Positions 19,600 through 29,324 of a stretch of 64,000 nt of DNA are shown here, piece by piece. Location of the stretch: assembly GCA_052035095.1 (NCBI GenBank), contig JBPOHW010000001.1, forward strand, positions 44,857-108,856, given 5' to 3'. The notes beneath the pieces were generated by a model. That model worked only from the letters and a program-made list of their open reading frames with translations. It did not search any database and was not told the origin of the DNA. Source of the DNA: Candidatus Moraniibacteriota bacterium (GTDB lineage: Bacteria; Patescibacteriota; Minisyncoccia; Moranbacterales; UBA1568). Numbering within the stretch: position 1 is the stretch's first letter; each line of letters opens with the position of its first letter. Position numbers and translations under genes: made by a program.

Positions 19600-20886
19600 A
19601 TGGAAACCATAAACGTGTCTCAATCGGAAGAGATGAAAAAGGGAGAGGGGAGTCCGCAAAAATGCCGACGTGGCGGATCAATCGTCCTTCTGGTAAGTTT
19701 TCTGTTCGGCTTGTTTGGCGGCATTCTGGGATGGTGGGTCGGGCCGCGCCTTGCGAGCGATCTTAGCCTCCCACTCCCGCCCATCTTCCGAGATATTGCG
19801 AATCAAAAGGAAAAAAATACGTCGATGACGCTCCCTTCGGCGGTTTCTTCGGAAGAGGCGCTCCTTGTCGATTTGGTTGAAAAAAGCACGAAGGCTGTCG
19901 TGAGCGTCGTGATAACCAAAGATGTCCCCAAGTACCGAAGCCTTTTCGATAATCCGGGATTTCCGTTTTTCTTCGGAAACCCGTTTTATGAACGCGAGTA
20001 CGATACCGGAGAAACCGAACGACAAACGGTTGGCGAGGGATCCGGATTTTTCGTTTCTTCCAACGGAACTATCGTTACCAATAGGCATGTCGTAGATGAA
20101 ATGCAGGCAGATTATACGGTCATTATGAGTGACAAAAAAGAATACTCGGCGCGCGTCTTGGCGCGCGATCCGGTACAAGATATCGCGATTCTGAAAATCG
20201 AGGGCGATAATTTTCCGGCGCTCGACCTCGGCGATTCCGATGCCGTTAAAGTAGGTCAGACCGCGGTTGCGATCGGGAATTCGCTCGGCGAGTTTTCCAA
20301 TACCGTGAGCCGAGGCATCGTATCGGGTCTCAAGCGAAACCTTGTCGCGGGATCCGGTTTCGGCGCGTCGGAGCGACTTTCGGGCATTATCCAAACGGAT
20401 GCCGCCATCAATCCCGGTAATTCCGGCGGACCCCTTCTTGACCTTTCGGGAAAGGTGATTGGAGTGAATGTAGCAATGGCACAGGGCGCGCAAAATATCG
20501 GATTTGCGATACCGGTTAACAGTATCAAAAACGCTCTCAAGGAAGTGAAAGAAACCGGGAGGATTTCCTCTCCCTTTCTCGGGGTTCGCTATGCGCTTAT
20601 TACGCCGGAGATTCAAAAAGAAAACAACCTTCCGTTCGAGTATGGCGCGTTGGTGGTTCGGGGTCAAAAAATGACCGACCTCGCGGTCGTACCGGGATCT
20701 CCCGCGGATAAAGCCGGTATTGTCGAAAATGATATCATCCTCGAAATCGACGGGATTAGGATGGATGAAGAAAACCAGCTGGGCGATATCATCGGGACAA
20801 AACGCTCCGGCGATACCATAACGCTCAAACTCTGGCGTAAGGGTGATACCAAAGAAGTCAAGGTGACGCTCGAGGAGCGGAAGTAA
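19600..20886 (+). CDS. htrA: HtrA/DegP serine protease with PDZ domain
   Basis: TNRHVV, DIAILK, QTDAAINPGNSGGPL. Confidence 0.95.
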   Translation: METINVSQSEEMKKGEGSPQKCRRGGSIVLLVSFLFGLFGGILGWWVGPRLASDLSLPLPPIFRDIANQKEKNTSMTLPSAVSSEEALLVDLVEKSTKAVVSVVITKDVPKYRSLFDNPGFPFFFGNPFYEREYDTGETERQTVGEGSGFFVSSNGTIVTNRHVVDEMQADYTVIMSDKKEYSARVLARDPVQDIAILKIEGDNFPALDLGDSDAVKVGQTAVAIGNSLGEFSNTVSRGIVSGLKRNLVAGSGFGASERLSGIIQTDAAINPGNSGGPLLDLSGKVIGVNVAMAQGAQNIGFAIPVNSIKNALKEVKETGRISSPFLGVRYALITPEIQKENNLPFEYGALVVRGQKMTDLAVVPGSPADKAGIVENDIILEIDGIRMDEENQLGDIIGTKRSGDTITLKLWRKGDTKEVKVTLEERK

Positions 20887-21005
20887 AGTAATCAGGGTCT
20901 AATGGATTGTTCGGTCAAAAAGTAAAAAGTCGGCGCCGCTTGAAGCGAGGAGAGGAAGGGAGTACGATACGAAAAGAACAGCTCCCGTCTCTGATCGTAT
21001 CGATT

Positions 21006-21749
21006 ATGTTTTTCCACATCGCCGTTTTTTTTGCTACGCTTCTTTTTTTTGGTTTTTTGGAGGCATTCATCGCTCTTCCCGCGCGATTTTCGCCGATAGC
21101 CGCTTTCTTTTTGACGGTACTCTTTCGAATGTCATGGCGCTTTGGCGGGTCAATCGGATCGGCGCTTATACCGACTCTGTTTTCACTTTCCGCTTACATC
21201 CTCCTTTTTTTTGTCAGTGCGCCGAAAGAAAAGCACACTTTCATTTTTTTGAGCTCGATGGTATTTTATGTGGCGATGCTTGGAAACTATCGCCTTAAGC
21301 AGTACAAGGGAGATGTGACGGCGCAGAGTATGTTGTCCTTGGTTGCCATCACCGCGCTTTTCTTTCTTTTTAGCGCTTTCTACGGAGTATTTCTCAACTT
21401 CCAGCGTTTTGATGAGGCGACACTGATGATTTCATACGGGATATCGGCTTTTTTGATCGGATTCTCTGCGTTTGCTCGATTGTTTCGGAATGAGACGCGG
21501 AAGGCGTGGTTGTCGTCTCTCCTCCTTGGAATTTTTGCGGCTCAAATAGGCTGGATTGGAAGCTTTTGGCCGTTTGGATACTTGACGTCGGGGGTGCTCG
21601 CGCTTATGATGATCTCTCCTCTCTGGGATACGATTCAGAGTGAAGCATTGGGAACGTTCTCAAAAAAACGCCTTGTCGTGCACACGCTTCTTATCCTCAG
21701 CTTGGTTGGCATGGTTCTCGTGAGTTCCCCCTGGCTTCCGGTGGTATAA
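21006..21749 (+). CDS. Polytopic membrane protein
   Basis: About 8 hydrophobic helices; start at ATG 21006. Confidence 0.7.
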   Translation: MFFHIAVFFATLLFFGFLEAFIALPARFSPIAAFFLTVLFRMSWRFGGSIGSALIPTLFSLSAYILLFFVSAPKEKHTFIFLSSMVFYVAMLGNYRLKQYKGDVTAQSMLSLVAITALFFLFSAFYGVFLNFQRFDEATLMISYGISAFLIGFSAFARLFRNETRKAWLSSLLLGIFAAQIGWIGSFWPFGYLTSGVLALMMISPLWDTIQSEALGTFSKKRLVVHTLLILSLVGMVLVSSPWLPVV

Positions 21750-21750
21750 T

Positions 21751-21918
21751 TAGGACTTACGCATTTGGCGCATTCCTGCCTGCCGGTAGGCTGGTCTTCG
21801 TCAAATGCTCCCCCGCCTCGGCGGGGACACTGTATGGCGCATACAATGAATTGTTTCCCAAACAATTCATTCCGTTCCTCGCATTTTCCTCGAACTGCAC
21901 TCAAACGCGTAAGTCCTA
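21751..21918. mobile_element. 168-bp MITE-like element with 17-bp terminal inverted repeats
   Basis: TAGGACTTACGCATTTG (21751-21767) and CAAACGCGTAAGTCCTA (21902-21918), one mismatch; internal hairpins. Confidence 0.65.
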
Positions 21919-21939
21919 TATAGTAACGGATATTCATCT

Positions 21940-23112
21940 ATGAGAGCTGGTATAAAAAAATTTTTCTGGTACGGACTTTTCGTGGGAGGAGTCGCGATTA
22001 TCGGTGGCATAGCGGGTATCGTGGCGGATCGGACAATACTTCCGAAAATCGCGGCAGATAGTTTTCTCTCCCGATGGGATATTTTCAAGAAAGTTTCGGA
22101 GAATACCGTGATCATCAATAAGACAGAGCAAGTGGTGATTCGTGAAGATGACTCAGTTGAGACTATCGCGCTTTCCGCTTCTCCATCGGTGGTCAATATT
22201 CTTTCCGTCAGAAATGTTGGAACCGAAATCGGAAAAGCAGGGGAGGAAACTTCCAAAAATGTCGGAATGCTTCAGGGGAGTGGCGTCCTCGTCACCAATG
22301 ACGGACGTATCGCAACCTTCAAAACTGCCATTCTGGAAAACGCGAGTTACACCGTCTTTCTCTATAATGGGACCAGCTATCCGGCAAAACTTGAGGCGAC
22401 GGATTCGCTCACTGGCCTTGTGTATCTCTCGGTTTCTGCCGGTAATCTTCCCTCTATTTCCTTTGCCGATTCCGATGAAATTCGCGCCGGGAAAAAATTG
22501 ATCCTTATCGCCAATACGTCGGAGGAATATCGAAACCGTTATTCAACTGCTCTCCTCGGCAATACCGACAAAACCTACAATATCGCGGGTGGCGCTGTTG
22601 CCTCATCCGAGCGGTGGGAGGGAGTGTATGCTGTGGATGCGGCAAATATCGCGCCCTATCTCGGCGGTCCCGCCATCAACTACTCGGGCGATCTTATCGG
22701 TATTGTCGGGAACGCTCCCAAGGACGGCGGCTTCGAATCGTTTCTGCTTCCTTCGAACGCCGTCAAAGAATCGCTCGAGCGATATGTGCGGGGAACACTT
22801 GATCGTCGCCCGTTTCTCGGTGTTTCATACCTCTCGATCACCAAGGCCTACGCGGTCGCTCACTCAATCGAACGCGATCGCGGCGCGCTTATCACGACGC
22901 CCTCCGGTAAGCAGGGGCTCGCGGTACTCTTCGGATCGCCCGCCGAACGAGCGGGAATTCGCATCGGCGATATCATCCTCGCGGTGAACGGAGAAGAAAT
23001 CAATCTCGATACGCCGCTCTCAGTCGCAATCGGAAGGTTAGAGAAGGGGAAAGACGCTACGCTGCGTATCCTCCGCGCAAGAGAGGAACAGGATATTGTA
23101 GTAGGACTCTAA
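21940..23112 (+). CDS. HtrA-like protein with PDZ domain, catalytically degenerate
   Basis: GSGVLV and PDZ (GSPAERAGIRIGDII) retained; triad motifs replaced (TFKTAI, PYLGGP). Confidence 0.8.
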   Translation: MRAGIKKFFWYGLFVGGVAIIGGIAGIVADRTILPKIAADSFLSRWDIFKKVSENTVIINKTEQVVIREDDSVETIALSASPSVVNILSVRNVGTEIGKAGEETSKNVGMLQGSGVLVTNDGRIATFKTAILENASYTVFLYNGTSYPAKLEATDSLTGLVYLSVSAGNLPSISFADSDEIRAGKKLILIANTSEEYRNRYSTALLGNTDKTYNIAGGAVASSERWEGVYAVDAANIAPYLGGPAINYSGDLIGIVGNAPKDGGFESFLLPSNAVKESLERYVRGTLDRRPFLGVSYLSITKAYAVAHSIERDRGALITTPSGKQGLAVLFGSPAERAGIRIGDIILAVNGEEINLDTPLSVAIGRLEKGKDATLRILRAREEQDIVVGL

Positions 23113-23122
23113 AACAATGAAT

Positions 23123-23149
23123 TTGGCACTCTCTCTTGACGAGTGCTAA
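23123..23149. promoter_or_regulatory. CIRCE element (HrcA operator)
   Basis: TTGGCACTC-N9-GAGTGCTAA upstream of groES. Confidence 0.92.
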
Positions 23150-23204
23150 TTTTTTCTTTAGACTGGTTGGGAAGACGCGCGTAATTTGATTAACGGTTAC
23201 CCGT

Positions 23205-23486
23205 ATGAAAAAAGTGAATGTGGCTCCGCTTGGAGAAAATGTGCTCGTGTCATCCGAAAAGCCCGAGAAAAGAACCGAATCCGGTATTTTCCTTCCGGAA
23301 AACGCCTCCGAGGATCGCTCGTCGAAACAGGGGAAAGTGGTAGCGATTGGGGAGAGCGACAAGATCAAGGTAAAGCCCGGTCAGCATATCATCTACACTC
23401 GCTATGGCGGCACGGACGTAAAAATTTCCGGCGTCGAATATGCCATTGTCAAGAACGAAGACATTCTCGCTGTCGTGACCGAGTAG
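23205..23486 (+). CDS. groES: Co-chaperonin GroES
   Basis: PLGENVLV, TESGIFLP, GKVVAIG, YGGT, EDILAV. Confidence 0.95.
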   Translation: MKKVNVAPLGENVLVSSEKPEKRTESGIFLPENASEDRSSKQGKVVAIGESDKIKVKPGQHIIYTRYGGTDVKISGVEYAIVKNEDILAVVTE

Positions 23487-23587
23487 AAGGAAATTTGTAG
23501 AAATTTGACAAGGTTTGTATTGAGCGTACAATACATGTCAATGAATCCGAAAAAGAAAGCAATTCGGAATTTTTTTCTCGAAGCGTG

Positions 23588-23615
23588 AAAATCGCCCCAC
23601 TGGGGCGATTTTTTT
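23588..23615 (+). terminator. Intrinsic terminator
   Basis: AAAATCGCCCC-ACT-GGGGCGATTTTTTT. Confidence 0.7.
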
Positions 23616-23647
23616 GTGCCTTAACAATTTTTTGTGCGGAGGTTTTT

Positions 23648-24058
23648 ATGAAGCCTGAAAATTTCTCTGAACTTGGCGTTGACTCTTCGATGAAAGCGCG
23701 TCATATTTTATCCCGTGAAGAAGTCGACAAAAATCGTGGTCGTGATGTTGGATTTCGTCTGTGTCCATGCAAAGTAAGAAGTCCGCATTTTCACACCGCG
23801 ACAGGTCCGTGGTGTGATATTCCGGAGTATTTTTTTAGGTGTCTTCCGGAAGGCGTAGGGTGTCACGATGTCGGGCTTTGCCGATTCAAAACGGAAGTAC
23901 CCGGAATTCTTCAGAGGCTCGTTTCGGAAAAAGAGGTGCGATTCTCACTGAGGCGAGCCGTACTTGTACAAAGGGCATCTCATTGCATGGGGAAGTTACA
24001 CAAAAACCTTCAGAGGGAATGTTCCGAGCATGCATTTCCAAGGGGAATCATACTATGA
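23648..24058 (+). CDS. Hypothetical Cys/His-rich protein
   Basis: GGAGG RBS before ATG 23648; stop overlaps the next ATG. Confidence 0.55.
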   Translation: MKPENFSELGVDSSMKARHILSREEVDKNRGRDVGFRLCPCKVRSPHFHTATGPWCDIPEYFFRCLPEGVGCHDVGLCRFKTEVPGILQRLVSEKEVRFSLRRAVLVQRASHCMGKLHKNLQRECSEHAFPRGIIL

Positions 24059-24260
24059 ATACACCCGTAGGGGAGACCGCCTTGGAACGCAAATGCATAG
24101 AATGCGGAAGAGCAATTTTCGAGTCTATGGGATGTGTCGATGCCGGCTCCTTCAACCGCTTAACTCCGCGATAGCGGAAGGAAAGTTACCGGAAGGTATT
24201 CGGGAGCGATGCGCGCAGTGTGTCGAAGCGACGCTACTTGCGCAAGAAGATTTTTCGTGA
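24055..24260 (+). pseudogene. Probable frameshifted small Zn-finger-like gene
   Basis: CIECG in one frame and CAQC in the next frame; switch near 24150-24160. Confidence 0.4.
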
Positions 24261-24266
24261 AGTATC

Positions 24267-25313
24267 TCAACTGCCCGACAGCGTTTTCGGGCAGTCTTCT
24301 TTTTTGAGAAATTCTTCGGCAAGCGTCATGGCTTCTTCGGGTGTTTCGATGATATGAATCGGCGCACCGAGCTTTTGCCAGCGTCTGATCCAGGTCATTT
24401 GTCGCTTGGCGTAGTGAATGCTATCGAAAAAAAGTTTTTCTTTCATTTCTTGCTCGGAAATCGTTTTTCTCAAGAATCGCGAGATCCACCGGTATTCGAG
24501 CCCGAAAGCATCGAGGCGTTCCCACGTGACGCCTCCTTCGTGAAGCCGCGTGACTTCCTCGATCATACCTTCTTCAAAACGCACTTCAAGGCGAGTTTTT
24601 ATTTTTGCGTCGAGAAGAGGTTTCGGAGGACAGAGGGCGAGAATAAGAGAATGTCGAATGTCGAATGTCGAATGTTGAGTTCCTGGTGCTTCATTCTTTA
24701 TTCCTAATTCTTTATTCTGGTTCTCCGCTATTTCTATCGCCCTCACGAGTCGTCGTGGATTTTGTCGGTCTATTGTTTTCGCTCGCGTGGGATCAAGTTG
24801 CTGAAGCATTTCAAACAGTTCCTCGGGAGTTTTCTTCGAGAGCACTTCGCGAAGCTCAAGATTTGGCGGGACATCGGGAATGTTTTGATTGTCGATGAGC
24901 GCCTGAATCCAAAATCCCGTGCCGCCACAGAGAACGGGAAGCTTCTTTTGACTCATAATGTCTTCGATTGCCGCGCGCGCGTCTTTTGCAAAGTGCGAAA
25001 CGTTATAGTCGTCATTCGGATCGGCAACATCGAGCAGGTGGTGGGGAATGCCTTCAGAAAGGTAGCGAGTAGTGGGTAGTGAGTTGTCAGGAAATTCAAA
25101 GGGAAAATTTTGAATTTTGAATTTTGAATTTTTCATTTCTTGATCCCTCTTCACCTTGCCGGTCCCCACATCCATCCCGCGATAGACTTGCCGGCTGTCA
25201 GCGGAAATGATTTCGCCATTCCACCGTTTCGCGATTTCAATCGCGAGCGAAGACTTCCCCGACGACGTGGGACCCATAATGACGATGAGTTTTTGCGGAG
25301 ATGCATTTTCCAT
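24267..25313 (-). CDS. miaA: tRNA dimethylallyltransferase with two heptamer-repeat insertions
   Basis: GPTSSGKS, SADSRQVY, PHHLLD, GGTGFW, YAKRQMTW. Confidence 0.95.
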   Translation of the reverse strand: MENASPQKLIVIMGPTSSGKSSLAIEIAKRWNGEIISADSRQVYRGMDVGTGKVKRDQEMKNSKFKIQNFPFEFPDNSLPTTRYLSEGIPHHLLDVADPNDDYNVSHFAKDARAAIEDIMSQKKLPVLCGGTGFWIQALIDNQNIPDVPPNLELREVLSKKTPEELFEMLQQLDPTRAKTIDRQNPRRLVRAIEIAENQNKELGIKNEAPGTQHSTFDIRHSLILALCPPKPLLDAKIKTRLEVRFEEGMIEEVTRLHEGGVTWERLDAFGLEYRWISRFLRKTISEQEMKEKLFFDSIHYAKRQMTWIRRWQKLGAPIHIIETPEEAMTLAEEFLKKEDCPKTLSGS

Positions 25314-25317
25314 TGCT

Positions 25318-28300
25318 TTATCGTGTTTCGATTTGGAAATTATTCTTCAACATCTCGATTGATTCCGGTTTTGGTTCGATGGAAAAAGACGTCTCTATCG
25401 TTTTCCCGCGGAGGCGGATGAATATTCTCGACGTTCCTTGGGGAAAGCTCTTCAAAATTTCAGCAAGGCGTTCTATGGTTTTTTCGGTCGCGGTATCGTC
25501 GAGCGTGATGGTGATCTGGTTTGCTGGTTTGCTGGTTTGTTGGTTGTCTGTACTTCGTAATTCTACTCTGCCTAATTCTTCATTCTTCATTCCTAATTCT
25601 TTCTCTCCTTCAAATTTCTGTCTCGTAAGGAGCGCCCTCTGCCACGTTTCTACTTCTTTCTCCGAGAGACGTTCGACGCGCTCGACGATGATTTTGGGTG
25701 TGCCGTCTTTGAGGGAGATTTTGCCACCAACCACGACGAGATGTTCGGCAACCCAAAGATGTTCGGTTTGCTCCGCGACGCGCGGGAAAACGACCGCCTC
25801 GATACGACCGGTCGTGTCTTCAATCGTCGCGAAATACATGGTTTTCTGATCTTTGGTATACGCTTTGCGGAGCGCAGAGATGACGCCGCCTATTTGCGTC
25901 GAGGCGCCTTCGGGCCGCTTCTCGACTTCGTGAATGGGAACGGCAACCTGCTCCAAGTATTCTCGGTAGTCGCTTGTCGGGTGATCGCTCACATAGAGTC
26001 CGAGGAGTTCCTTTTCCCACATCAACTTTTCGTGCTTTGTGGCGGGCGAGGTTTCGGTAAGACGAATGGCGCTTTTCTCGATGGGCATATCGCGGAAAAG
26101 GCTCATCGCGTGTGTCTCTTTTGTTCTCTCGCTGTTTTTGGCGAAGAGGAGAATGGTATCGATACTTTCGAGAAAACTTTTTCGCTCACCGAAGGCATCA
26201 AACGCGCCCACCTTGGCGAGCGCTTCGATGGATTTCTTATTGAGGTCCTTGGTGCGGACGCGCTCGATGAAGTCGGTCAGATCTTTGAATTTCCCGCCCA
26301 ACTTTCGCTCCCTTACGATAGTCTCAGTCACCGTCGTCCCGACATTTTTGACGGCGTTCAAACCGAATCGGATGCGCTCAACTCCATCATCACCCACGAT
26401 AACGGCAAATTCTTCAAAGCTCTCATTGACGGAGGGAGGCAAAACTTCGATGCCCATATCGCGCGCTTCGGCAACTTCGATTGAAACGCGATCGGAGTTG
26501 CTCTGATCGCTCGTGAGAAGCGCCGCCATAAAGGCGGTTGGGAAATGCGCCTTGAGGAAGGCGGTCTGATAGCCGATGAGTCCGTAACAGGCAGCATGGG
26601 AACGATTGAATCCGTAGCCGGCAAACGGTTCGATAAAGGCGAAGACTTTTTCGGCGACGGTTTTTGAAATATCGTGACGGACGCACCCTTCGACAAATTT
26701 CTTTTTCTGCTCCTTGATCATCTCAAGAATCTTTTTCCCCATCGCTTTTCGAAGCACGTCCGCTTCGCCGAGCGTGAAGCCGGCGAGGTCCTGCGCGATC
26801 CGCATCACTTGCTCCTGGTAGACGGCGACGCCATAGGTGGTCGCGAGAATCGGCTCGAGTTTCGGATGGAGATACTCGACGCGCTTCCGGCCGTGTTTTC
26901 CATCAATGAAGTCCGGAATCCATTCCATAGGTCCGGGACGGTAGAGCGCGACCATGGCGATGATATCTTCGAGCACCGTCGGCTTCAAGTTCTTGAGGTG
27001 TTTCTTCATCCCGCTCGACTCCAACTGGAAGACGCCGGTCGTGTGCGCCGCTTGGAGAAGCTGAAACGTTTTTTCATCTTCAAGCGGAAGCCGGTCAATG
27101 ATATCGGCGGTCGAGGCGTTTTCGGGATCGAGACCAAGGGAAGCGGCAAATGGAGCGAGGCGTTTGGTCGCGCGGAGAATACGCAGGGTATCCTGGATGA
27201 TGGTGAGGTTTTTGAGGCCGAGGAAGTCCATTTTGAGGAGGCCGATTTTTTCGATGTAGCTCGACTTGGTGGAAGAGGAGTATTGCGTTACGATGCCTTC
27301 TTTGGACCCGGAAATGTTTTGAATGGGGGTGTATTCCGTGACGGGATCTTTGGTAATGACGACGCCGCAGGCATGCATAGAGGCGTGGCGCGCGAGCCCC
27401 TCTATCTTTTGCGCGACGTCGATGAGTCTCTTGGCGTCGGCGTCTTTTTCGTACAGCGCTTTGAAATCGGGCGCTTCGGCGAGCGCTTTTTTGATCGAGT
27501 GGAATTGCGGGATGAGCTTCGCGACCGTATCGCAGAGTCCGTAGGAAAATCCGAGTGCGCGCCCCGCGTCGCGGATCGCCGCGCGCGCCGCCATAGTTCC
27601 AAACGTGATAATTTGCGCCACGTGATCGGCGCCGTACGTTTCGCGGACGTAATTCAAAACGTCGTCCCGGCGATCGTCGGCGAAGTCCATATCGACATCG
27701 GGCATGGAAATGCGTTCCGGATTGAGGAATCGTTCAAAGAGAAGGTGATAGCGAATGGGGTCGATATTAGTGATGCCGGTCAAATAGGCGACGAAACTGC
27801 CGGCGGCACTGCCTCTTCCGGGTCCTACGACGATGCCTTGCTGTTTCGCCCAATTGACGAAGTCCTGGACAATCAAGAAGTAAGATGCGAAACCGGTTTT
27901 CTCGATAACGCCAAGCTCGTATTCCATGCGGGTTCGGTGTTCTTCCGTTATCGAGGTGCCAAATCGCCCCGCAAGTCCCGCCTCGCAGAGTTCTCGGAGA
28001 TAATTTTCCGGCGTTTTTCCCTCGGGCACGTCAAAATGCGGGAGTTGTGTTTCGCCGAGTTTGATATGCACATCGCATCGATCGGCGATTTTCCCCGCGT
28101 TTTCGATCGCCTCGGGAACGTCGGCAAAAAACGACTTCACTTCTTCAGGTGTCCGAAGCGAGAGATCGAGATGGCGAAGCGAAAGGCGATTTTCGTCGGT
28201 TACCTTCCAGTTGTTCTGGATACAAAACAAAATATCCTGTATCTCACTATCTTCGGGACGGACATAGTGCACGTCATTGGCGGCGACGAGCGGGATTCCG

Positions 28301-28887
28301 GTTTCGCGAGCAATGCGAATGAGTCCGGCATTGGCGATTATTTGATTTTCATAGTCGCCGTGCGGCTCAAGTTCCAAGAAAAAATTTCCTTTTCCGAAAA
28401 TATCCTCGTATTCAAGCGCCGCTTCAAGCGCTCGCTCGTCGCTTCCAGCGACAAGGAGCGAGGGTACTTCGCCGGTTACCGCCCCGGAAAGCGCGATGAT
28501 TCCTTCGTGATACTTTCGAAGGAGCGCCTTATCGACGCGCGCCTTGTAGTAGAACCCCTCGATATGCGCCGCCGAAATGATTTTGATGAGATTTTTGTAG
28601 CCAATTTCATTTTCCGCGAGAAGTACAAGTGTGCTTCGACGTCGGTCTTCGCTTGTGGCACGGCTATGCATATCCTTGGTGACATACATTTCCGCGCCGA
28701 TAATCGCTTTCATCCCACGCTCTTTCGCCTTGATGGAAAGCTCGATGGCACCATAGAGCGCCGTGTAATCGGTGAGGGCGAGCGCGGTCATTCCGAGTTC
28801 TTTGGCACGGTCAAGCAGCCCGTCAATCGTGGCGGGCGCCGTAAGGAGGCTATAGTGCGAATGAACATGAAGGTGCGCGAATGGCAT
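25318..28887 (-). CDS. dnaE: DNA polymerase III alpha subunit
   Basis: HLHVHSHYS PHP domain, GRGSAAGS, PDVDMDF, KMDFLGL, GFNRSH. Confidence 0.97.
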   Translation of the reverse strand: MPFAHLHVHSHYSLLTAPATIDGLLDRAKELGMTALALTDYTALYGAIELSIKAKERGMKAIIGAEMYVTKDMHSRATSEDRRRSTLVLLAENEIGYKNLIKIISAAHIEGFYYKARVDKALLRKYHEGIIALSGAVTGEVPSLLVAGSDERALEAALEYEDIFGKGNFFLELEPHGDYENQIIANAGLIRIARETGIPLVAANDVHYVRPEDSEIQDILFCIQNNWKVTDENRLSLRHLDLSLRTPEEVKSFFADVPEAIENAGKIADRCDVHIKLGETQLPHFDVPEGKTPENYLRELCEAGLAGRFGTSITEEHRTRMEYELGVIEKTGFASYFLIVQDFVNWAKQQGIVVGPGRGSAAGSFVAYLTGITNIDPIRYHLLFERFLNPERISMPDVDMDFADDRRDDVLNYVRETYGADHVAQIITFGTMAARAAIRDAGRALGFSYGLCDTVAKLIPQFHSIKKALAEAPDFKALYEKDADAKRLIDVAQKIEGLARHASMHACGVVITKDPVTEYTPIQNISGSKEGIVTQYSSSTKSSYIEKIGLLKMDFLGLKNLTIIQDTLRILRATKRLAPFAASLGLDPENASTADIIDRLPLEDEKTFQLLQAAHTTGVFQLESSGMKKHLKNLKPTVLEDIIAMVALYRPGPMEWIPDFIDGKHGRKRVEYLHPKLEPILATTYGVAVYQEQVMRIAQDLAGFTLGEADVLRKAMGKKILEMIKEQKKKFVEGCVRHDISKTVAEKVFAFIEPFAGYGFNRSHAACYGLIGYQTAFLKAHFPTAFMAALLTSDQSNSDRVSIEVAEARDMGIEVLPPSVNESFEEFAVIVGDDGVERIRFGLNAVKNVGTTVTETIVRERKLGGKFKDLTDFIERVRTKDLNKKSIEALAKVGAFDAFGERKSFLESIDTILLFAKNSERTKETHAMSLFRDMPIEKSAIRLTETSPATKHEKLMWEKELLGLYVSDHPTSDYREYLEQVAVPIHEVEKRPEGASTQIGGVISALRKAYTKDQKTMYFATIEDTTGRIEAVVFPRVAEQTEHLWVAEHLVVVGGKISLKDGTPKIIVERVERLSEKEVETWQRALLTRQKFEGEKELGMKNEELGRVELRSTDNQQTSKPANQITITLDDTATEKTIERLAEILKSFPQGTSRIFIRLRGKTIETSFSIEPKPESIEMLKNNFQIETR

Positions 28888-28897
28888 ACACAATATG

Positions 28898-28940
28898 AGC
28901 TACCAACTCCTCACTACTCACTACCGACTCCTCATTACTG
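28898..28940. repeat. Heptamer tandem repeat (CTACnnA/CTCCTCA)
   Basis: ctaccaa ctcctca ctactca ctaccga ctcctca. Confidence 0.65.
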
Positions 28941-29078
28941 TACCGCACTCGAAGAGGAGAGGGAAGCCTTGACAAAGTTCAGTATTTTTTCGTTTCTTGG
29001 GATAAATTTGCCAAAAGTCAAAAAAGCTGATAGAGTGGCGATAGTGTTTTGCACTCTTCCGTTTATCTCTTTACCTTT

Positions 29079-29306
29079 ATGTCGGTACCGAAACAACACC
29101 ATTCGAAGGCTCGGCAAGCGCGCGGTCGCGTTCGTTATGTCAAAACGGTGAAAAATTCCGTTGCCTGTCCCAAATGCGGCGCGAGTATCGCGGCGCATCG
29201 CGCCTGTCCAAAATGCGGTTTCTACAAAAATCGCGAGTATGTGAATACGTTGAAAAAGTCAGCGCTTCCCAAACAGTCAAAAACCGAGAAGAAGGGGGAG
29301 AAATAG
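29079..29306 (+). CDS. rpmF: 50S ribosomal protein L32
   Basis: MSVPKQHHSKAR...CPKCG...HRACPKCGFY. Confidence 0.95.
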   Translation: MSVPKQHHSKARQARGRVRYVKTVKNSVACPKCGASIAAHRACPKCGFYKNREYVNTLKKSALPKQSKTEKKGEK

Positions 29307-29324
29307 TTTGTTCTTACCTGAATT

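Noticed and set aside
21635-21937. ORF starting MNIRYYIGLT, resembling a GIY-YIG motif
   Set aside because: The apparent motif comes from the MITE-like terminal repeat, and no further GIY-YIG residues follow.
26674-29151. 825-aa + strand ORF
   Set aside because: Antisense shadow of dnaE with no recognisable motifs.
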